A DNA stretch of 64,000 nt from Mobula hypostoma. Taxonomy: Eukaryota. The notes below the pieces were generated by a model. That model was not told where the DNA came from. It worked only from the letters and a program-made list of their open reading frames with translations, and did no database searches. The position numbers and the translations under genes are program-made. This document shows positions 59,901-64,000 of this stretch, piece after piece. Positions within the stretch are counted from its first letter, which is position 1. Every line of letters starts with the position of its first letter. The stretch covers positions 63,800,001 to 63,864,000 of the forward strand of contig NC_086097.1 in NCBI RefSeq assembly GCF_963921235.1, read 5' to 3'.

Positions 59901-62152
59901 CTTTTGTTACCACTCTGAGACATACTGGACTCTAGTACCTGTCTCCTCTTTCGTGGCCACAGAATCTGCCGTCTGTGCCCCTAATTACAAGTCTCCTATC
60001 GCTATCACTCTGCCTGATTTACCCTTCCCTGCTGAGCCTCAGAGCCGGTCACAGTGCCACTAGCCTGGCTGCTGTTGCTGTGCCCTGATATATAATCCCC
60101 CCTAGCAGTATCCAAAGGAGCTTTCTTGCTTATGAGGGAAATGGCCACAGGGGAATCCTGCACTAACTACTTACTTCCATTGCTTCTCCTGTTAGTCATC
60201 CATCTACTATCTGAAGCTTGCACTCTGGGTGTGACCATCTCAGTAGAATTTTCAGCCTCCCAGATGGCCCTGAGTACATCCAACTCCATTTCCTTGACCT
60301 TGTTAGTCAGGAGTGGAAGTTGGGTGTACTTCTTGCCAATGTAGTCATCAGGAAGATCATTAGGTAAACATCTCTCAGGAGGAGTATTCCTCTTTTTAAA
60401 TTTTGCGCAGCCTCACCAATGAATGACCTCTCGCAATTATTGCAACCTGCCGAATAGTGTTTTGAGCTAGATTCAATTGAAAGACATTCTTTGTTTTTGG
60501 TAGAGACAAACGGCAATCAAATAGAGTTTTAGGATTAAATATTTTTGATGTGCTGTGCTTGTATTTAATGGTAATGTATTTGAGATCAATTTCATAATTT
60601 TTTTTGCTTAGGACTCTTATGCTAAATTGGATAAATCAAATAATACTCTTAGACAAACGATTGATCAGTTCACACAGGATTTAGAAGGAGAAAAGCAAAC
60701 AAGATCTCAACAAAGTAATCTGGTATGTGATAATAAAACTGTTGTTTTAACTGAGTATTGGTTAATCTTGTGTTTAAAATGATAAACATATAACAAACAA
60801 TACAAATGTCGATTCTGTGCAGACTTGGTTGTACTTTTCCTCCATCCAGATTATAGAACTTCAAGAAAATTTAAATGCGCTTGAAAATGAAGCTCAAAGT
60901 CTCAAGATGCAAATTGAAGAGGTGAGGATACAAGAAGTGATAGAACACTACTGTAGTGTGGCAGAAGAAACACTTAAAATTCCTCTTTGTATTTTAAGGC
61001 TAAAAAGGAATTAAAAGGAATTCAGACTAAAGATGCAAAACACCAGGAATCTTTTCAAGCTGCAAAAGAAGAGAATTATCATCTCATACAAAGCCAAGAG
61101 CAGGTATGACTGATATTTTTCACCAAACCTTTATATCAAATCCTTCACTGAATCAAAGCTACCTTTTGAGCTCTTTTCCTCTGAATGATGCTTGAAGATG
61201 TATGTGCATAGTAGCATTGAGAAATTGCAAATGACAGTCTAATGACTATGAAATGTTAATGAGTTTAAGGAAACTAAAGAATTACTTTATTTTGATTTGA
61301 TTGAAATCTTTTCATTGTCTTCCCATTCAGGATTTTTCATCATTTTTGTGCCATCTAGAACTATAAGTGGTACTATCCGCAGACTAGCAACCAATTCAGC
61401 CTTTACCTTTCCTAATTTGGCAACAGTTAACGCCTTAAAGACGCTGAGAATATATTTGGTAACATCCCTTCCTCTCCATCCTTCAAGCCACAAGTCCTCC
61501 TATATCTTAATTTATGTAGATCATGGGCACTAACCTGTGACTTATTAACCCACTGCACCTGTCTTTGAATTTAAAAAAAATCAGTTTACTTGTTTCACTA
61601 CTTTCCTGAACAGCCTCCATTTATTTTGCACACTGTTGCATGGTCAAATTTTACACACTTGCAGGGTCTCTCAGCTGATCTCAGAATTTATTGAGGAAAT
61701 GTGTTGGATTAGTGAATCAACCTAAGCTTGTGTATATTTTAACTACATTGACATTTTACTTTTTAAAATAGTCTTAGTAATTTTAATGAGAAGACATGCT
61801 TTGAATGTAATCTTAGTGTTTCGGTCAAGATAATACTTGTTCAATTCATTATCCTAATTGTGACTTCTCTGTTTGTAGCTGTTGCAAGAATCCGAAGGGT
61901 GGAACGAACGTTATAATGAGCTTACAGAGCATATTAAATTAGGTATAAAGTCGCAGAATGATATAAGGGAAGTTCTTAAATGTAAAGAAGACGAAGCAAA
62001 GGTGAGATTTATTCCAGTGAAATCAAATGATACTGCAGATCTATCCATGCGCTAAAATATTCACATTAAAACCCTTTTCTCTCAGTCTCTGACAGATTGC
62101 CTTCTAAAGATGAAATTGTGGAATGTAGCTGAAGAGGATAATCTTGCAGAAG
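23870..62152 (+). CDS. MIA2: MIA2 / TALI (MIA SH3 domain ER export factor 2, MIA2-cTAGE5), 15 exons in window, 3'-partial
   Basis: Manually spliced join(23870-23981,27241-27374,37290-37376,37787-41633,44488-44730,44810-44913,53486-53629,53768-53789,53890-53978,56233-56310,60612-60722,60850-60921,60999-61103,61879-62001,62086-62152). All introns are GT-AG with compatible phases; about 1779 codons with no stop. The domain order matches MIA2. The post-[16 protein letters not shown] resembles MIA2/cTAGE5 (VRSRLYVGREKKLA, from memory) rather than MIA3. Confidence 0.93.
24645..26468 (-). mobile_element. Decayed CR1 RT fragment in MIA2 intron 1
   Basis: ORF 24963..25532 KFADD..., [15 protein letters not shown]. 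Confidence 0.85.
25992..26114 (+). mobile_element. Miniature (123-bp) Penelope terminal-repeat-derived insertion
   Basis: 15-bp TSD TTGTC(A/G)GGGAAGATT at 25977-25991 and 26115-26129; inverted pLTR tip, degenerate hammerhead, then pLTR 3' part. Confidence 0.75.
27241..27374 (+). CDS. MIA2: MIA2 exon 2 (MIA SH3-like domain)
   Basis: tgcag| (R)[44 protein letters not shown] |gtaagt; typical MIA-family DY..DC and DLWAGS motifs. Confidence 0.95.
28701..28890. repeat. Minisatellite, 7 x 26 bp CATCTCCTCTCCACTTACCTTCGCAT
   Basis: Counted directly; derived from the CR1 RT ADD motif region. Confidence 0.95.
30009..34131 (+). mobile_element. Near full-length CR1 LINE, frameshifted
   Basis: 5' UTR; ORF1 from ATG 30220 (CxxC zinc finger/zipper with an early stop; SGNH esterase VIGDT, HVGTND, LHLN); ORF2 pieces 31197-34067; (TTCTATG)2 tail. 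Confidence 0.92.
36457..36551 (-). mobile_element. Short Penelope terminal-repeat fragment with mutated hammerhead
   Basis: Minus strand gtc CAGACGA agggtctcggccc GAAAC GTC; flanked by similar ATGGA(C/T)GGTA, a possible TSD. Related fragments at 34840-34924 and 28251-28316. Confidence 0.75.
37290..37376 (+). CDS. MIA2: MIA2 exon 3
   Basis: tttcag| [29 protein letters not shown] |gtaaat; GYFP motif. Confidence 0.95.
37787..41633 (+). CDS. MIA2: MIA2 exon 4, giant (3847 nt) acidic/Ser-rich luminal region
   Basis: tttcag|DNDFLCL completes the SH3-like domain; lies inside ORF 37775..41683; donor AAAG|gtatag (phase 1) fits the next exon. Confidence 0.88.
44488..44730 (+). CDS. MIA2: MIA2 exon 5
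   Basis: ttttattttgcag| (D)[11 protein letters not shown]...[11 protein letters not shown](G) |gtgagt; open in phase 1-1. Confidence 0.8.
44810..44913 (+). CDS. MIA2: MIA2 exon 6
   Basis: ttttcttaacag| (E)[34 protein letters not shown] |gtaagc; phase 1 to 0, links to exon 7. Confidence 0.78.
45665..46187 (-). mobile_element. Penelope-like element 3' end with mutated hammerhead (CTGACAA)
   Basis: Reverse complement of 21405-21910 and 11230-11685. Confidence 0.88.
46215..46384. repeat. GC-rich minisatellite, about 5 x 36 bp GAACCCCACCCTGTCCGCGTCCCTCGCYNNACGTGC
   Basis: Read directly; gives the 12-aa periodicity seen in the ORF track. Confidence 0.9.
47270..47507. repeat. Fold-back inverted repeat (about 92-bp arms), MITE-like
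   Basis: 47270-47361 is the reverse complement of 47415-47507; preceded by (CA)n. Confidence 0.85.
47745..48182 (+). mobile_element. Rex/Babar-like LINE 3' end
   Basis: IIEDPHHP...[10 protein letters not shown]...SYYPSTIRL; tail actttgaac. Confidence 0.7.
48500..48990 (+). promoter_or_regulatory. Intronic CpG island, probable cTAGE5-isoform promoter
   Basis: Strong local CpG/GC enrichment. ETS-type CCGGAAG motifs at about 48699 and 48734; YY1-type AAGATGGCGG at 48757-48766. Lies between luminal exon 6 and TM exon 7. Confidence 0.75.
48905..48943 (+). CDS. MIA2: Candidate alternative first coding exon (cTAGE5-type isoform), GC-AG intron
   Basis: gtgATGG Kozak; [13 protein letters not shown], then CCG|gcaagt, phase 0 matching exon 7. 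Confidence 0.5.
49470..52545 (+). mobile_element. Two tandem decayed CR1 RT fragments (about 49470-50862 and 50870-52545)
   Basis: RT motifs with many stops; CR1 3' end at about 50830-50862. Confidence 0.85.
52550..52970 (-). mobile_element. Rex/Babar-like LINE 3' remnant
   Basis: [27 protein letters not shown] in ORF 52653..53015. Confidence 0.65.
53486..53629 (+). CDS. MIA2: MIA2 exon 7 (first cTAGE5-shared exon, TM helix)
   Basis: ttttacttgcag| [48 protein letters not shown] |gtaggt; an alternative in-frame AG lies 9 nt downstream. Confidence 0.9.
53768..53789 (+). CDS. MIA2: MIA2 exon 8 (22-nt microexon)
   Basis: tctttag| VKSRRYM(G) |gtaagt. Confidence 0.9.
53890..53978 (+). CDS. MIA2: MIA2 exon 9 (coiled coil)
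   Basis: cttttag| (G)[29 protein letters not shown] |gtaagt. Confidence 0.92.
54570..55525 (+). mobile_element. CR1 ORF2 internal fragment
   Basis: ORFs 54529..55074 and 55071..55388 ([19 protein letters not shown]). Confidence 0.85.
56233..56310 (+). CDS. MIA2: MIA2 exon 10
   Basis: tttttag| [26 protein letters not shown] |gtaaaa. Confidence 0.88.
56547..56826 (-). mobile_element. tRNA-derived V-SINE (HE1-like)
   Basis: Minus strand: GGGCAGCACGGTAGTGTGGTGGTTAGC A-box region, GGTTCAACTCC B box, V-domain-like GAGTTTGTACATTCTCCC...GGTTTCTTCCCATAGTCCA, (AATA)n tail. Confidence 0.75.
57335..57667 (+). mobile_element. Possible RTE-related SINE/LINE end
   Basis: AGAAAAAAGCAATGGCAGCCCACTTCTG resembles the RTE/BovB-type AGAAGGCAATGGCAACCCACTCCAG motif (from memory). 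Confidence 0.4.
58205..60375 (-). mobile_element. Decayed, internally deleted CR1
   Basis: 3' tail at 58205; RT 58300-59600; ORF1 esterase remnants (GLHLNP) 59615-60370. Confidence 0.85.
60612..60722 (+). CDS. MIA2: MIA2 exon 11
   Basis: tgcttag| [37 protein letters not shown] |gtatgt. Confidence 0.9.
60850..60921 (+). CDS. MIA2: MIA2 exon 12
   Basis: ccatccag| [24 protein letters not shown] |gtgagg. Confidence 0.9.
60999..61103 (+). CDS. MIA2: MIA2 exon 13
   Basis: ttttaag| [35 protein letters not shown] |gtatga; upstream intron is 77 nt. Confidence 0.9.
61879..62001 (+). CDS. MIA2: MIA2 exon 14
   Basis: tttgtag| [41 protein letters not shown] |gtgaga. Confidence 0.92.
62086..62152 (+). 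CDS. MIA2: MIA2 exon 15 (3' boundary uncertain)
   Basis: ttttctctcag| [22 protein letters not shown](G) |gtaata. Confidence 0.78.
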
Positions 62153-62564
62153 GTAATAACTTAGATAAATTAAACGTAAAAACTAAACAAGAAGCATTAA
62201 AGAAGTGAATCAATGTCTTATGATTTAAAAAAAAAATGTTTTTGAACTTTTTTACTCAGACCTCACCAGAGTAGCTTTGGTGAATGTTTGGTAATGTAAA
62301 TAAGGTATAGCAGGTGATCAGATCCTGGGCATAATTCTAGATCTGTGCATCACAGAATCAGGTTTGTAGAGTATGTCCAGCAGCCCATTAAGGAAGGAAA
62401 AAGAAGCACACATGCTGGAGGTGCATATTTCTTGTGGAATCATTTGCGTGCAGAATAATATTTAATTTAAATCGAGAGGTTGATGGACATTCTGAAATTA
62501 ACAGATACACATACTCGTTCCATAATACTTACTGCAAGCAGCATTTAGTCAGTACGTGCCAATG

Positions 62565-63737
62565 TCCTGAAAGGTGAGTTTAGGGAGTTAGGCGCCAAGT
62601 TAAAGGACAGGACCTCCAGGATAGCAATCTCAGGATTGCTATCAGTGCCACATGCAGGCGAGTTTAGAAATAGTGAGATAAAGCAGATCAACACGTGGCT
62701 GAAGACATGGTGCAGGAGGGAGGGCTTCAGATTTATAGATAATTGAGCAGTTTTCCAAGGAAGGTGGGACCTGTTCTGGCGGGATGGTTTACATCTGAAC
62801 TGGAGGGGGACAAATATTCTTGCAGGTAGGTTTGCTAGAGAGGCTCCAGTGGATTTAAACTAGATACAAGGGGGGATGGGAACCAGAGTGTAGGAACAGA
62901 TGTAGGGGAGAAGGAAGAAAAAGAAGATAGTAAAGTTGTTTGCACTGTTAGTGATATACAGAGAGTAGGAGGTGGAGAATTTCTTAAATGCATCCATTTT
63001 AATGCTAGGAGCATTTTAAGAAAGGTGGATGAGCTTAGAGCATGGATTGATACCTGTACATATGATGTTGTAGCTATTAGTGAAACATGGTTGCAGGAGG
63101 GCTGTGATTGGCAACTAAATATTCCTGGATTTCGTTGCTTCAGGTGTGATAGAATCGGAGGGATAAGAGGGGGGAGGTGTTGCATTGCTTGTCAGAGAAA
63201 ATATTACAGCAGTGCTCTGGCAGGATAGATTAGAATGCTCGTCTAGGGAGGCTATTTGGGTGGAATTGAGGAATGGGAAAGGTGTAGTAACACGTATAGG
63301 GGTGTATTATAGACCACCTAATGGGGAGTGAGAATTGGAGGAGCAAATCTGTAAGGAGATAGCAGATATTTGTAGTAAGCACAAGGTTGTGATTGTGGGA
63401 AATTTTAATTTTCCCCACATAGACTGGGAAGCCCATACTGTAAAAGGCTGGATGGTTTGGAGTTTGTATAATGTGTGCAGGATAGTTTTTTGTAGCAATA
63501 CATAGAGGTACCAACTAGAGAAGGGGCAGTGTTGGATCTCCTGTTGGGGAATGAGATAGGTCAGGTGACGGAAGTATGTGTTGGGGAGCACAAGCACAAA
63601 TGCTCAACGCGCATTGGCCACTTGTGTAGGTTACGGTGTCCATTTGACGCACAAATATAAATCAGCCTTAAGCGTTCGGCACGGACTAGAAGGGCCGAGA
63701 TGGCCTTTTTCTGTGCTGTAATTGTTATATGGTTATG
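62565..63737 (+). mobile_element. Internally deleted CR1 (ORF1 end + APE, then 3' tail)
   Basis: GLHLNW..NILAGRF; NARS, AISETWL; tail gaagggccgagatggcc...ttatatggttatg. Confidence 0.8.
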
Positions 63738-64000
63738 ATACCCAACTTGAGTATTTATATTGATTTGTTTTTCAATTATTAGAAAAATATTGGTTACATC
63801 ATGAAAAGTACTTTCTGATCTTTAATGCTTGTTGATCCATTAATGAAGCTTTAATTTATCATCTTTCTTCCAAAGGAATGTCAGTCTGGATTATCAGCTC
63901 TAACCTTTCAGCCCTGTGTTTTAGTTTTTACAATTCTGGGGCACTATAATGTAGATACTATGCCAAGTCTTTGCAGATGATCATCTCAGTACAAGTATTT

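Noticed and set aside
23870..62152. Calling the gene MIA3/TANGO1 because of the giant exon
   Set aside because: The post-TM and coiled-coil exon sequences fit MIA2/cTAGE5, as do the internal CpG-island promoter and HNF1 site.

Overview
Vertebrate genomic DNA. The repeat families (CR1 with TTCTATG tails, HE1-like V-SINE, Penelope-like elements) suggest a cartilaginous fish, but this is inference. One host gene lies on the + strand: MIA2 (TALI / MIA2-cTAGE5). I could splice 15 GT-AG exons in frame from ATG 23870 to about 62152, and the gene continues past the window. It encodes a signal peptide, the MIA SH3-like domain, a 3.85-kb acidic luminal exon, a TM segment and a coiled coil. An intronic CpG island (about 48.5-49.0 kb) looks like the cTAGE5-isoform promoter, with a candidate GC-donor first exon. 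The rest is mostly transposable elements, including two deeply nested clusters (3.7-18.5 kb and 28.3-37.2 kb). Highlights: minimal hammerhead-ribozyme motifs in Penelope-like terminal repeats and their tiny derivatives; a Tc1 element built from two right ends; a hAT-like element with a 6-bp TSD; and a young CR1 with an uninterrupted ORF2.
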